DNA of 64,000 nucleotides from Candidatus Bathyarchaeia archaeon (GCA_038727135.1 JAVYWL010000003.1:64001-128000); one strand, 5' to 3'. Counted from the first letter of the stretch, positions 10,324 to 20,879 are shown. A program made the numbers and translations. The notes: generated by a model not told the origin, from the sequence alone.

Positions 10324-10869
10324 ATGAAGATAGGAATTTTACGCATAGGGCAAGTTGACTCGAAAGTCCTAAACAGGATATGCGAAAACGTAAACATGGC
10401 GTTCCCAAAAACACAGTGCCAAGTAATCCGTGAAACTTTGACTTTGCCGCAAGAAGCCTTCGACAAAGTAAGGAAGCAGTACCGCTCAGACGTGATTTTA
10501 GGCTTAGTGGCAAGCTATGCAGAAAAAGCCAAAAACCTAAACCGTGTTTTAGGCGTGGTCGACGTCGATATTTATGTTCCAGGATTAAACTTTGTGTTTG
10601 GGGAGGCGGAATGTCCTGGAAAAGCGGCTCTCATATCTCTTTGGAGGCTTCGACCAGAATTTTATGGTGCCCCATCAAACTTTGAACTTTTCATCGAAAG
10701 GGGCACAAAAGAGGCTGTGCATGAAATTGGACACACTTTAGGCTTAACCCACTGTATGAATCCATTTTGTGTCATGTATTTTTCCAACACCATCTTTGAA
10801 ACAGACAGAAAGAAAGGTATATTTTGTAATACGTGTTACTCAAACATTGAAAAGTTTCTGCGAATTTAA
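10324..10869 (+). CDS. amzA: Archaemetzincin Zn metalloprotease
   Basis: HEIGHTLGLTHC..CVM..S...D....FC..C signature. Confidence 0.9.
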   Translation: MKIGILRIGQVDSKVLNRICENVNMAFPKTQCQVIRETLTLPQEAFDKVRKQYRSDVILGLVASYAEKAKNLNRVLGVVDVDIYVPGLNFVFGEAECPGKAALISLWRLRPEFYGAPSNFELFIERGTKEAVHEIGHTLGLTHCMNPFCVMYFSNTIFETDRKKGIFCNTCYSNIEKFLRI

Positions 10870-10907
10870 CAGATAAGTACTTTGTTCCTTAAATATTGGG
10901 GAATTTA

Positions 10908-10987
10908 CCCAAGGGTTCGGTGAGTTTTAAGAGGGGAGAAAGGAGAGAAGGGAGTTCCAAAAATAGGAACTACCGAACCCTTTTGGG
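10908..10987. repeat. Structured intergenic element, copy A (related to 62205-62318)
   Basis: Stem CCCAAGGGTTCGGT/ACCGAACCCTTTTGGG enclosing AGGGGAGAAAGGAGAGA and hairpin AGTTCC-AAAAATA-GGAACT. Confidence 0.6.
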
Positions 10988-11073
10988 CTCCCCCTTCCTT
11001 TCTTTCAATGGAAAAGGGAAAGAGAAGCACTAATATAAAAGCTTTTCTATAAAAAAATGCGTTTCATTAACAG

Positions 11074-12099
11074 CTAAACACGTTTTACAGCTCTAACAGT
11101 TCTTTCTAGGAGGAGTTGAGCTGCCTCTTGTGTTGGCCAACCACCGAGTCCGCAGTCTGGCCCTGTGAAGGTCATTCTTTCTCCAAATTTTTCCGTGGCG
11201 TTTTCGAATCTTTTTCTGATGGTTTTTTCGTCTTCGACAAGCTGTTCCATTTCTGGTTTTGTTATTCCCTTCTCATAGAGTTCTGCGATGATGGAGTCTA
11301 TGTCTGTTCTGGTTATTCCAACACGGATGAACTTATCCGTCTTTTCAAGCATACTTTTTGAAATGAATTCTAGGCTGCGGGGAGAGGCTGCATACTCTAT
11401 GGATACCGCATCCAGATTTGTAACATTTAAAATGTCCACTATTCTGGCTGGAGAGTGCATGTGAATGTGCCTTTGAACGTCGCCTTCAAAATTTAAGGCC
11501 TTTTCCAAGACCTCCACTATTGTTTCCGTGTCTGCTAATATTTCTTGAAAACCAAAACTCGGCTCGTCGAGGGCGACAACCTCCGTTTTTACGTATTTTG
11601 AGTTTAAAATGGCGTTTTTGACGAACCGCCTTACGGTTTCCGCAAACATAAATAGCACGTCCTTGTATAAGGTTGTTCCGATCTCTTTTAAGTAAAGCTC
11701 CAACGGACCAGTAACACAGACGCGAAGGGCAATCCTTTTTCCTATACCTTCGTAGATTCTTTTCGCCTCTTCGTTAATAACGTGTACTTCCGGTATGATG
11801 GCGTCTTTCTCTTCAACAATGTATGTGCCTCTTTCCATCGCCTTATGGATGGGTTCAGCGAACTGTCTATGTATATCATAATGTTGTGGATAGTTGACAA
11901 TATCCAAACCAGTTTTAAGTTTTCTAAAAAACGATTCTACTATAACTTCGTAGAAGTTTTTATATAGAAAAGGGTTCTCTTTCAAATTTTTTCCGTTGGC
12001 AACATGTTCTCTTGCCAGCTTATAAGCTTCACCAAACATTTTCCTTTCAATAGATTTGGGCAGAGGGAAGCTTCCTACGTCGTCAACAAGTACTTCCAT
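11074..12099 (-). CDS. Core (C-terminal-only) MetE-like methionine synthase / URO-D-like methyltransferase
   Basis: DDVGSFP, VTGP, LDEP, HxH, GPDCGL Zn-binding motifs. Confidence 0.8.
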   Translation of the reverse strand: MEVLVDDVGSFPLPKSIERKMFGEAYKLAREHVANGKNLKENPFLYKNFYEVIVESFFRKLKTGLDIVNYPQHYDIHRQFAEPIHKAMERGTYIVEEKDAIIPEVHVINEEAKRIYEGIGKRIALRVCVTGPLELYLKEIGTTLYKDVLFMFAETVRRFVKNAILNSKYVKTEVVALDEPSFGFQEILADTETIVEVLEKALNFEGDVQRHIHMHSPARIVDILNVTNLDAVSIEYAASPRSLEFISKSMLEKTDKFIRVGITRTDIDSIIAELYEKGITKPEMEQLVEDEKTIRKRFENATEKFGERMTFTGPDCGLGGWPTQEAAQLLLERTVRAVKRV

Positions 12100-12191
12100 G
12101 AGAGGAGACTATATACTTTTAACAATAAAAGTTAATCTGGAGGCTTAAATCTTAAGAGTAACAAATATAAGCGTGTTCCCTTCTGTGAACA

Positions 12192-13184
12192 TTGACTGGT
12201 GAGAGAATGCCGAGCGTATGGAAACTTCGTGCATCCATGATTGGAACATTAGCCCTAATAATAGGCTTATCCACGCTAGTGTTCACGCTAATCTTGAGCT
12301 TAATTGGTGTTATGGACATAATGGTTTTAGGAGTTTTAGTTGTAGCATTCAACGTGGGACAGTGGTTAATCTCCCCATACATTATTGACGCCCTTTACCG
12401 CACACGTGAAATACCCGAAAGCGAAAATCCAAAACTTCACCAGATAGTTGAAAATCTAAGTAGAAAAAGCGGCTTGAAAAAGCCAAGGCTGATGCTTGCC
12501 CAAATTCCAATTCCAAACGCCTTCGCGTATGGCTCGCCCATTGCTGGAAACCGTGTGGCTGTGACAAGCGGGCTTCTGAAAACTCTTGATGAGGGGGAGG
12601 TTGAAGCTGTTTTAGGTCATGAGCTTGGACACCTGAAGCATAGGGACGTGCAGATAATGATGTTTGTTTCGCTTCTTCCAGCGCTGTTCTACTACATTGG
12701 CTATTCACTTATAATCTCTTCTTCACTTATAATCTCTTCAATGTATGGCAGACGAAGAGAAGAAGGCGGCGGAACGGCAGCGTTAGGCTTTGGTTTCATG
12801 GCCTTTTCATGGATTTTAAACATGTTTATACTGTACCTGAGCCGTCTCCGTGAGTATTATGCTGATAGACACAGTGCATTAATAGTCGAAAATGGTACAC
12901 AAAAACTTTCGGAAGGACTAGCAAAAATAGTCTACGCAACCAGAAACATGGGAAATGCCAGAAAACAGGTGCAGCATCTAAATGCCTTCAAGGCTTTATT
13001 CATAACAGACCCGGACCGTGTGGAAACAGACTCGGCGGCATTAACAGCGGCATCCTCAGGCGACCAAAAACTAGTCCAAGAACTCCTGTCAAGGAGGCTG
13101 ACAACACTAGACCGAATAATCGAGATTTTCTCAACACACCCAAATATAGTAAAACGCTTAAGAGCTCTGCAAGAACTAAGCTAA
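12192..13184 (+). CDS. htpX: Zn metalloprotease HtpX
   Basis: PNAFA, HELGH, SRLREYYAD, FSTHP; TM helices. Confidence 0.92.
   Translation: MTGERMPSVWKLRASMIGTLALIIGLSTLVFTLILSLIGVMDIMVLGVLVVAFNVGQWLISPYIIDALYRTREIPESENPKLHQIVENLSRKSGLKKPRLMLAQIPIPNAFAYGSPIAGNRVAVTSGLLKTLDEGEVEAVLGHELGHLKHRDVQIMMFVSLLPALFYYIGYSLIISSSLIISSMYGRRREEGGGTAALGFGFMAFSWILNMFILYLSRLREYYADRHSALIVENGTQKLSEGLAKIVYATRNMGNARKQVQHLNAFKALFITDPDRVETDSAALTAASSGDQKLVQELLSRRLTTLDRIIEIFSTHPNIVKRLRALQELS
12704..12739 (+). repeat. Perfect 18-bp tandem duplication inside htpX
   Basis: TTCACTTATAATCTCTTC x2, encoding SLIISS-SLIISS. Confidence 0.95.
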
Positions 13185-13225
13185 ACTTCCTCCTTCCCAA
13201 TATTTAATAAAGAGCCACGTAAGGT

Positions 13226-14341
13226 TTACTGATAAACTTTGACTGGTTTTCCAAGGATTTTGTTGTTTAGCTCCTTTACTCCTAGTCCGTTAATTTTTGG
13301 AAATGTCCGCGTTGAGTCTCTGACTTTCGTTCCGCCTTTTGTAACCAGTTTGTCCTTGAGTAACAAGTCGGAGTCTAGGTCTGCGTACTGTATGTTTTTT
13401 ACTGCCGCGGCTAGGTGGGTTCCAGCTGCTATGCCTATTTCCGACTCTCCCATGCAGCCTATCATGCATGGTATTCCAGCGGCTTCGGCTATGGCGGCTA
13501 TTTTCTTGGCTTTGTGGATTCCCCCACTTTTCATCAACTTTATGTTTATCATGTCTACGGCTTCAGCTTTTATCAGTTGTAGGGCGTCTTCCGGCGAATG
13601 AACACTTTCATCTGCCATTATCGGTATAGTTGAGTTTCGCTTAACCTCCACTAGCCCTTTTAAGTCTTCTGCCGGGACTGGCTGTTCCGCGAATTGGATG
13701 TTAAACTTTTCAATTTTGTTTAGAACTTCTATGGCTTGCTTTGGCGTCCAACCTTGATTTGCGTCAATCCTTATCTGTATTTTTTCGCCGACTGCCTCGC
13801 GGATAAGCCTAATCCGTTCAATATCTTCTTCTGGGTTTACTCCAACCTTAACTTTTAGGGCTTTAAACCCTTTCTTAACGGCTTTAACCGCGTCTTTAGC
13901 CATTTCCTTTGGAGACTTTATGCTTAATGTGATGTCGGTTAGGACTTCGGTTCTGTAGCCACCCATAACCATGTAGAGGGGCTTTCGAACAGTCTTGCCT
14001 AAGATGTCGTGTAAGGCTATGTCTATGGCTGCCTTTGCCGAAGGGTTTCCAGCCACAATGGAATCCATAAGCTCAATGTTTTGTTCAATTCTTAAGGGGC
14101 ACATGCCAATAAGCCTAGGCGCAATCTTATCTAAGGCTTTGATGACGGTCTCCGCCGTTTCGCCAGTGACCCGCTCTGAAGGCGAAGACTCACCCCAGCC
14201 GTAAACGCCATAATCCGTAACTATTTTCACGACAACGTTGTGGCTTTCAGTGCTTGCGCCCGGAGCAATTCTGAAAGGTTCATGGTAAGCTAAAGTAACT
14301 GGATAAACCTCAATTTTTTGAATTCCCAAAGCTGCTTTCAC
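13226..14341 (-). CDS. Dipeptide epimerase (L-Ala-D/L-Glu epimerase, enolase superfamily)
   Basis: KVKVG, DANQGW, EQP, ADES, NIKLMKSGG, DLD. Confidence 0.88.
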   Translation of the reverse strand: MKAALGIQKIEVYPVTLAYHEPFRIAPGASTESHNVVVKIVTDYGVYGWGESSPSERVTGETAETVIKALDKIAPRLIGMCPLRIEQNIELMDSIVAGNPSAKAAIDIALHDILGKTVRKPLYMVMGGYRTEVLTDITLSIKSPKEMAKDAVKAVKKGFKALKVKVGVNPEEDIERIRLIREAVGEKIQIRIDANQGWTPKQAIEVLNKIEKFNIQFAEQPVPAEDLKGLVEVKRNSTIPIMADESVHSPEDALQLIKAEAVDMINIKLMKSGGIHKAKKIAAIAEAAGIPCMIGCMGESEIGIAAGTHLAAAVKNIQYADLDSDLLLKDKLVTKGGTKVRDSTRTFPKINGLGVKELNNKILGKPVKVYQ

Positions 14342-14377
14342 CGCATGATAGTTTTCGCACTTTCTTGAAAAGTTTTA

Positions 14378-15670
14378 CTAAAGTTCTTCTGCTGTTTTTC
14401 GCCGTCCTATTCCCATTCTCTTGAACTTTATTTTTGCCGTTAGAATTTTCTCCGTTGCGAAAAGCCTTGAGGCTGCATACATAACTATTATCGTGAAGGC
14501 TAAAACATAGATTATGCCTAACGCCGCGGTCCAATAGTCGCCCATTATGACGGCTTTTGAGGCTATTATTGGATGGCTAAATGGAATAGCATAAAAAAGA
14601 ATTCTTAGCGCCAATGGTAAGGTGTTGATGTCCAAGTATATTAGGGCGAAGGATGGGAGAAATATAAGCGGGTAAATGTAGCCCACAAAGGATTGGGCGC
14701 TTCGAACATCCTCAGCGAAGGCAGACATTATAACAGCCAAAGCCAAAGCTGAAAGCATCGTAACAAAGAGGGATACACCCAAGAGCAGATAGCCATGAAA
14801 AGAAGGCGTAAGCCCCAAGGCAGCCAAATCCAAGTTTATGTTGGCTGGAATCCCAGACATAGCTGAGCCCAACAAATAGCTGTAGCCAGCCATATAAGCC
14901 ACAGCGCCAACAGCGGCAACAATAATTGAACCGGAAAGCTTCCCCAAAAGAATTGAAAGGCGATCCATAGGAAGAGTTAACAGCGTTTCAAGTGTCTTCT
15001 CCTCCTTTTCCATAGCTACCGAAGTGGCAGCTATCTGCACCGAATAAGTAAGCAAAATCATAATCGTAATGGGGAGAGCAATAGACTGGGACATAAGCAG
15101 ACCAGAAAGCATGGTTGGGTCAATGCCGGGCTTAACTTCGCCCTTTATAATTGCTGACTTTTCAACTGCCACGACATTTGGGGCAACCTGCCTGTTAAAC
15201 TGTTCAATGAAAGCATCGATCATTGACGAGCCAAACCCCTCGAAAGCGCCCACTGTAGAAAGCGCTCCATAAAACTTCAACTTAATGTTCACGTTTTGCC
15301 CGCTAAGGTATGCATTAATAGTATCATTAAAGCCGTTAGGAATTTCGAGGATTTGTGTGACATTATATTTTGAAAGTAACCTTGTTATGTTTTCACCGTT
15401 CAATGCAACGTTGCTTTCTTTGAAAACGTTAACACCCATCGCCTGAAGCGCGTCTGTGAAATTCTTAGCCCAGTATCCTCCATCGTTATCCACAACAACG
15501 AGGGCGGCTTTTGCTGCCCTTTCCTGCGCGGATTTCGTTGCATAGTTTATGACTCCGCCCAAAACTGGAAACATTACTAGGGGGACAATTATCATTCCTA
15601 AGAGGATTTTTGGGTCTCTTACAAGCTCTTTAAGCTCTTTTAATAGGAAGTTGCCAAATCCCCTAAGCAA
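14378..15670 (-). CDS. ABC-2 type permease (NatB-like)
   Basis: KELKELVRD, EKEEKTLETLL.LP, multiple TM helices. Confidence 0.88.
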   Translation of the reverse strand: MLRGFGNFLLKELKELVRDPKILLGMIIVPLVMFPVLGGVINYATKSAQERAAKAALVVVDNDGGYWAKNFTDALQAMGVNVFKESNVALNGENITRLLSKYNVTQILEIPNGFNDTINAYLSGQNVNIKLKFYGALSTVGAFEGFGSSMIDAFIEQFNRQVAPNVVAVEKSAIIKGEVKPGIDPTMLSGLLMSQSIALPITIMILLTYSVQIAATSVAMEKEEKTLETLLTLPMDRLSILLGKLSGSIIVAAVGAVAYMAGYSYLLGSAMSGIPANINLDLAALGLTPSFHGYLLLGVSLFVTMLSALALAVIMSAFAEDVRSAQSFVGYIYPLIFLPSFALIYLDINTLPLALRILFYAIPFSHPIIASKAVIMGDYWTAALGIIYVLAFTIIVMYAASRLFATEKILTAKIKFKRMGIGRRKTAEEL

Positions 15671-16406
15671 GCTTCACCACCCTTGCAAAAACCTCTTCCA
15701 AGTTTGTGCTCCCAAACTTTTCCTTCAGTTCTTTGGGTTCTCCATCGGCGACTACCCTGCCCCTGTTTATTAGGGCAACCCTATCACATAGGTATTCAAC
15801 CTCAAGCATGTTGTGGCTTGAAAGAAGAACAGTCACGCCATGCCTTTTAACATAGCTTTTAATTATTTCCCTAACATGGTAGGAGTGAAGCACGTCCAAA
15901 CCGCTTGTAGGCTCGTCAAGGATAGCCAACTTCGGCTTGAGCATTAAGGCTCTGGCAACGAGAAGACGACGCTTCATCCCCTTACTATAAGTTTTGGTTT
16001 TATCCTTCAGTCTTTCTCCTAAACCAGAGATTTCGGCAGCCTCCATAACCATTTTACGGGCTTCGGCCTTGTCGCTTGTATGAAATCTTGCCATAAACTC
16101 AAGATACTCCAAACCAGAAAGATAACGGTAAGCACCAGCTTCTTCAGGAAGATAAGAGATTACTCGGCGAACATCAGCCGCATTTTGCACCACGTCATAT
16201 CCAAAAACCTTAACAGCACCAGAAGTTGGCACAAGCAGCGTTGAGACTATCCGCAGAGCAGTGGTTTTACCAGCCCCGTTAGGACCAATAAGCCCGAAAA
16301 CCTCGCCTGGCTTAACGCTGAAACTTAATCCGTCTAAAGCGTGAATATTACCAAAAACTTTGGTAACGTTGTAGGCTTCGACAGCCAACATTATGAAACC
16401 TCTCAT
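15663..16406 (-). CDS. ABC transporter ATP-binding protein
   Basis: GPNGAGKT, YSKGM, LDEPT, SSH. Confidence 0.92.
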   Translation of the reverse strand: MRGFIMLAVEAYNVTKVFGNIHALDGLSFSVKPGEVFGLIGPNGAGKTTALRIVSTLLVPTSGAVKVFGYDVVQNAADVRRVISYLPEEAGAYRYLSGLEYLEFMARFHTSDKAEARKMVMEAAEISGLGERLKDKTKTYSKGMKRRLLVARALMLKPKLAILDEPTSGLDVLHSYHVREIIKSYVKRHGVTVLLSSHNMLEVEYLCDRVALINRGRVVADGEPKELKEKFGSTNLEEVFARVVKLA

Positions 16407-16470
16407 AAACGTTTACAAACAACCTTAAAATAATTGCTATTCAGTTGCACGCCTAATGGCTTCTATGCGC

Positions 16471-17613
16471 CTATAATTTCCAGTCTATTTTATGATCCTT
16501 AAAGAAGATTCCAGCAATTATGCCGGCAAAAAGGACAATAAAGGATAGGGGCTGATAAAAAAAGTAGTACGTCATGAATTCGGCGATACTGAATTGAAAT
16601 CCAAGCTTCTTTGAGGCTATATAAAAAATTGTTGAGAACATAATGAAGCCTAAAAAGAAGTTTGTCAAGGCTGTAAACAAAATTGTGGTCAATGAGGGAG
16701 GCAGCACAGGCACACTTGTAAGGTTCAATTGAGATGCTAAAGCTTTCGGGATAAAGTTGAACAGTTGGGCGTCTGGGAAAAAGGAGCAGACATAATTAAA
16801 AAGTATGAGGGCAACTGTTGGGAAAAGCATGAGGGAGCATGGAAAAGCTATGTATGGATACTTAGCAATAGATCTGACAACCTTTCCCCCATGGGCTTTA
16901 ATCCATATTCCCGTCCCGATACCCCACCTCTTCCTCTGAGCTAACCAACTTCTCCACCCTGAAGGAGCCTTCGTATAAACTTCAGCCTTGTTAGTAAACT
17001 TAAACCGCTTATTTCGATAGAAAGCCCTCGCCGCCAAGTCAAGGTCTTCTGAAACCACCTTGGCAAATCCTCCAACCTCTTCGAAGGTTTCCCTTTTAAT
17101 GGCGAAGGCTGTACCGCCGACAGCAAAACATTTCTGCACAAGTTTTGAATACAAGAAGCTTGAAAAGTTTGAGCCGACAAACTCGTAATTCACCATTCTA
17201 GATACGAAGGAATCCAGGATAATCTTCTTCTTTATGTCAAGAATGTCCGCATCCTCCATCTCTAAAGCTACAGTTTTTAGAAAATCCCTACATTCGCCGA
17301 GCTTAACATCCGCGTCCAGAAAAAGAAGAATTTCCCCGCTGGAAACCCTAACAGCCTCGTTCAAAGCCCCAACCTTACCTCTTCTGTGACCATTTAAAAT
17401 GAAATGCACCTCGCCACGAAAACGCTCAATAACCCTCTGCACATCAGCCGTAGGTTCATCTATAGTAACAAAAATCTCTTTATTTTGATAAGAGTCATTA
17501 ACCAAACCATCAAGAAGCTCCTCCAGCAAATCCGAGTGCCTATAAACCGGTATAAAAACACTGATTCTTCTATCCTTAGAACTGGACGGGTTGCTGCCTT
17601 GCAAATCGTCCAT
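16471..17613 (-). CDS. GT2 family membrane glycosyltransferase
   Basis: DAD, SEDLD, QRKRW motifs; C-terminal TM helices. Confidence 0.88.
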   Translation of the reverse strand: MDDLQGSNPSSSKDRRISVFIPVYRHSDLLEELLDGLVNDSYQNKEIFVTIDEPTADVQRVIERFRGEVHFILNGHRRGKVGALNEAVRVSSGEILLFLDADVKLGECRDFLKTVALEMEDADILDIKKKIILDSFVSRMVNYEFVGSNFSSFLYSKLVQKCFAVGGTAFAIKRETFEEVGGFAKVVSEDLDLAARAFYRNKRFKFTNKAEVYTKAPSGWRSWLAQRKRWGIGTGIWIKAHGGKVVRSIAKYPYIAFPCSLMLFPTVALILFNYVCSFFPDAQLFNFIPKALASQLNLTSVPVLPPSLTTILFTALTNFFLGFIMFSTIFYIASKKLGFQFSIAEFMTYYFFYQPLSFIVLFAGIIAGIFFKDHKIDWKL

Positions 17614-17853
17614 CCTGCAAAGTCTCCAAACCTATGTTAATAATTCAGCTTTTTTGTTTTACGCATAACTACGTCTTCCAGAATATTCCCAGAAAGAAAT
17701 ATCGCCAAACTAAGCCATCAACAACCTTTTTAGCTCTGCCGAAAACACCAAATTTATGGCTGATTTCAACGCAAATTGGCTAGTCCTCTAAATTCTGTTC
17801 AACCGCATTACAAGACACGAAACAAAACTCACCAGCGCCCTTGATCACAGTAG

Positions 17854-17880
17854 TGGTGGGGTAGCTGGGATTTGAACCCA
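17854..17880. repeat. Distal att site: duplicated 3' end of tRNA-Pro
   Basis: TGGTGGGGTAGCTGGGATTTGAACCCA, identical to 32931-32957. Confidence 0.95.
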
Positions 17881-18078
17881 AAATAGCGACGGATGGAGAT
17901 ATCTCCCGCAAAATCCCCTCTTTTTCTATTCACAACATTTTTGAAAGTTTAATTTTTGTTTTTTATTTTATAGCACAAACAGAAACAGAGAATGGAATAA
18001 CGCATCCCTTAAGATTAAGTTTAGTTTTCTCGAGTTTAGATAATGTCAGTGATCTATGAGTTAGAATGTAATGACTGT

Positions 18079-18623
18079 TCACGTAGACATATAGATGCCT
18101 AACGTTACATTTGCATTTAACTGGACAGCGATAAAATCTGGTAATCGCACGAAGCTAAAGAATCCTATCCATAACTTTAGAGCTACAACTTGATATGTTT
18201 TTACTGTGAGTTATAAGTGTTATAGACAATGTAGCGGTCTTGCCACTAAAAGCCACCATTAGGTACACTCCATCCAATACCTATTGATGCGTTGCCGCCA
18301 ACATCTAGTGCAATTGTTATTCGTTCATAGCCTTCTACATTGAAGCAACGCCAAACTGAAGGTACTCCTCCGGGAAGGGCGACGTGAAATCTTTCGCCGT
18401 ACATATATGTTGTGTGAATTATTTTTACGTTTTTTGTTGAGTTTCCTCTTGTACTGAATGCCGAAACCGCCATAACTGTGTCTGTCATGCTTATTTCTCC
18501 ATTATCGTCGTAGTCAAGCCATGGATCATTCCTGACAATTTGCTGCATAGACACCGAAGAGAAAGCCAAAGTTAACAGGATGGAGCTGATCAAAATTGTA
18601 ACTGCAAGCTGTTTCCTATTCAT
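18079..18623 (-). pseudogene. Secreted dockerin/EF-hand-like protein, apparently interrupted
   Basis: Signal peptide, DYDDNGEISMTD loop; TAG at 18246-18248, then a plausible C-terminus TVKTYQVVALKLWIG...VTLGIYMST* in another frame ending at 18079. Confidence 0.55.
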
Positions 18624-18701
18624 AAGGCTTTATCACTTTTTCCTTCTAATCTATCATTTTCAATCATCTTTAAAAAAGAAAAAGGAAGTGTTGAAAAATG
18701 T

Positions 18702-20879
18702 TTAAGGTGAAGATGGAGGCGGCGGTGGTGGCTGCCATGGCGGGCTTGTTTTTCCGAAGTATTTGCAGACGAAGCCTAGGTCTTTGGCGTCTACTTTGCG
18801 GTCGTTGTTGACGTCTGCTCTGAAGCACCATCTTGGGTGCATGTTTGGGCATGGAGTGGAGCCGAAGGCTTTGCCTACTACACCAATATCTTTGGCATCT
18901 ACTTTGCCGTCATAGTTGGTGTCGCATGGTAAATAGTGGCATATCGGCTGTGGCGGCGTAATGTCGTATAATGCGTGGGGGACATAATACCATTTCCATA
19001 GGTTGTAGGCGTATATTCCGCGAAATACCGGATTATAATACCAATCTACTACCCAGTCTCGTTCCCAATGACGTCTCAGCGGTTGGCTTATTGGCACGCT
19101 TGGACAATCCTCGACAGCAAGCAACTGAATATTAAGGTATATTAGGGCCCTCTCCAATCCATCTTTTACTTTAACACCTTTCTCTATAAGTTCATCCATT
19201 GTTGGGTTACAATATCCCTGATAAGCAGCCATCCCCATTTTACTATGATAGAAATTGCTAGCAAAGTCGTGTGGATCTGCATAGCAAAATGTATATCCGA
19301 AAATAAAGAGCGGAGCCCATTTATTTTTTATCGCCCTGAAATATTCTGGAACAGGTAAGGCTACAATATTAACATGGAACTTTGGATTAAGCGCTTCAAT
19401 GTTTTCTTTAATGATCTCTGCAGCTATTCTTCTCGGCTCATTTCCCGTATTATACAGTATTGTTATTGTGAAGCCTGTCCGCCACACGCTTGCCGCTTGA
19501 AATTCCTCTATAGCCTTTGTTAGGTTGTAGGTGTAGCCTTGCACTGGAGCGTAGTAAGGCAAGCATGGGACGATAGCTGTTGGAGGTGCTATAGCCTCAC
19601 CTGCATAGGCTTGCTGTAGAAATCTTTGATAGTCGAATGCGTAGGCAAAGCCTTTCCTAATATGCGAGTAGTTAAAGAAGTCTCTTGGAATACCATCCTC
19701 GCTCCACCATCCTGGAGGATATATTATACCATAAGGGGTTTCTGGATTAACATCAAAAACATAAAATATGGCTTCCACGGCAAGTTCAGGCAGTGGATAC
19801 ATAAATCTCACTCCTGGTTTCTGATAAAATTCAGTTGCGCTAATACCTGGTATATCGATTGATCCGTTAAGGAACCCTTGAATAATTTCTTCCTTTGTCA
19901 AGCCCCATTTTACAGTGAAGGATGTAACCCAACCAGCCGGTTTGGTGCCAAAACATGCAGGGAAGTCCGCTGGCCATCCTCTCCAGTAATCATAGTTTAT
20001 AACAACCCTCCAGTATCTCTCCGGTTCGGATATCGTATCTAACATGAATGGCCCTGTCCCACACATAACTGGGTATGGTTCGTCTAGAGGAGATGTTGGC
20101 AAGTGATGGTAATTTATCCAATCAGTATAGTCGCCCCATTCGCCACCCCATTCCTTCCGGTTAAGCCATCCGATCACGTATTCGTTTATCCAAGCTTTGC
20201 TCAATATGCTTGAGTATGGCTGGCATAAAATCTGTAGGAATGGCGGATATATTGCTGGGAAAACAAAGTTGAACCAGACATGAGTAGCATTTGACTCAAC
20301 AGCGTGATCTATGGCCTTTCCAACGTTAATAATGCCCTCAGGTGTGCTGAGGTTAAATTGTGGACCATATTTTATGAGGTCTTCAGCTCCGGAAGCGTTT
20401 AGGAGAGGGGTGTAAATAGTCCACGCTAGCCCTTCATCGTAAACCATGACACGCTCAAAAGTGTACTCAACATCCTCAGGTTTAAGCGGATAGTAATGCA
20501 ATTCAATGTCACGGAAGTACACTCCAGTCCTTATTTCAAAGATGTACCTATAGAACCACGGCAACCCTTCAGGACTAACGCTTCCTGTAATGTTCTCAAC
20601 AACCCATTTTGTCGCAAGCTGAGGCATAATATGATCGGATGTAACCCTTTCGCCGTCATAGAACAACAAAGTCTCATAGATATTAAAAATTAGCTCAGCA
20701 CTTGCATCATCAAAACACCGCGCTGGATCAACCGTTTCAGGCCCATCAATGGTTCCCTTAATGAGATGGTAGACCTCATTAATTGGAGGAAATGCATACG
20801 CCGGAATAATGCTAAAAACGTTTAGGCTTACTGTTATGACAGTTATCCAAAAAATACCCACCAACAATTTTCTCCTCAT
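18702..20879 (-). CDS. Family 5 (peptide/nickel) ABC substrate-binding protein with C-terminal dockerin-like repeats
   Basis: Start MRRKLL at 20879 after GGAGGAGA; NIYETLL, GTGPF, RKGFAYAFD; DTNYDGKVDAKD and DVNNDRKVDAKD; poly-Pro tail. Confidence 0.88.
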   Translation of the reverse strand: MRRKLLVGIFWITVITVSLNVFSIIPAYAFPPINEVYHLIKGTIDGPETVDPARCFDDASAELIFNIYETLLFYDGERVTSDHIMPQLATKWVVENITGSVSPEGLPWFYRYIFEIRTGVYFRDIELHYYPLKPEDVEYTFERVMVYDEGLAWTIYTPLLNASGAEDLIKYGPQFNLSTPEGIINVGKAIDHAVESNATHVWFNFVFPAIYPPFLQILCQPYSSILSKAWINEYVIGWLNRKEWGGEWGDYTDWINYHHLPTSPLDEPYPVMCGTGPFMLDTISEPERYWRVVINYDYWRGWPADFPACFGTKPAGWVTSFTVKWGLTKEEIIQGFLNGSIDIPGISATEFYQKPGVRFMYPLPELAVEAIFYVFDVNPETPYGIIYPPGWWSEDGIPRDFFNYSHIRKGFAYAFDYQRFLQQAYAGEAIAPPTAIVPCLPYYAPVQGYTYNLTKAIEEFQAASVWRTGFTITILYNTGNEPRRIAAEIIKENIEALNPKFHVNIVALPVPEYFRAIKNKWAPLFIFGYTFCYADPHDFASNFYHSKMGMAAYQGYCNPTMDELIEKGVKVKDGLERALIYLNIQLLAVEDCPSVPISQPLRRHWERDWVVDWYYNPVFRGIYAYNLWKWYYVPHALYDITPPQPICHYLPCDTNYDGKVDAKDIGVVGKAFGSTPCPNMHPRWCFRADVNNDRKVDAKDLGFVCKYFGKTSPPWQPPPPPPSSP

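Noticed and set aside
17854-17880. Split-tRNA half
   Set aside because: Exact copy of the 3' end of an intact tRNA-Pro next to an integrase; better explained as an att site.
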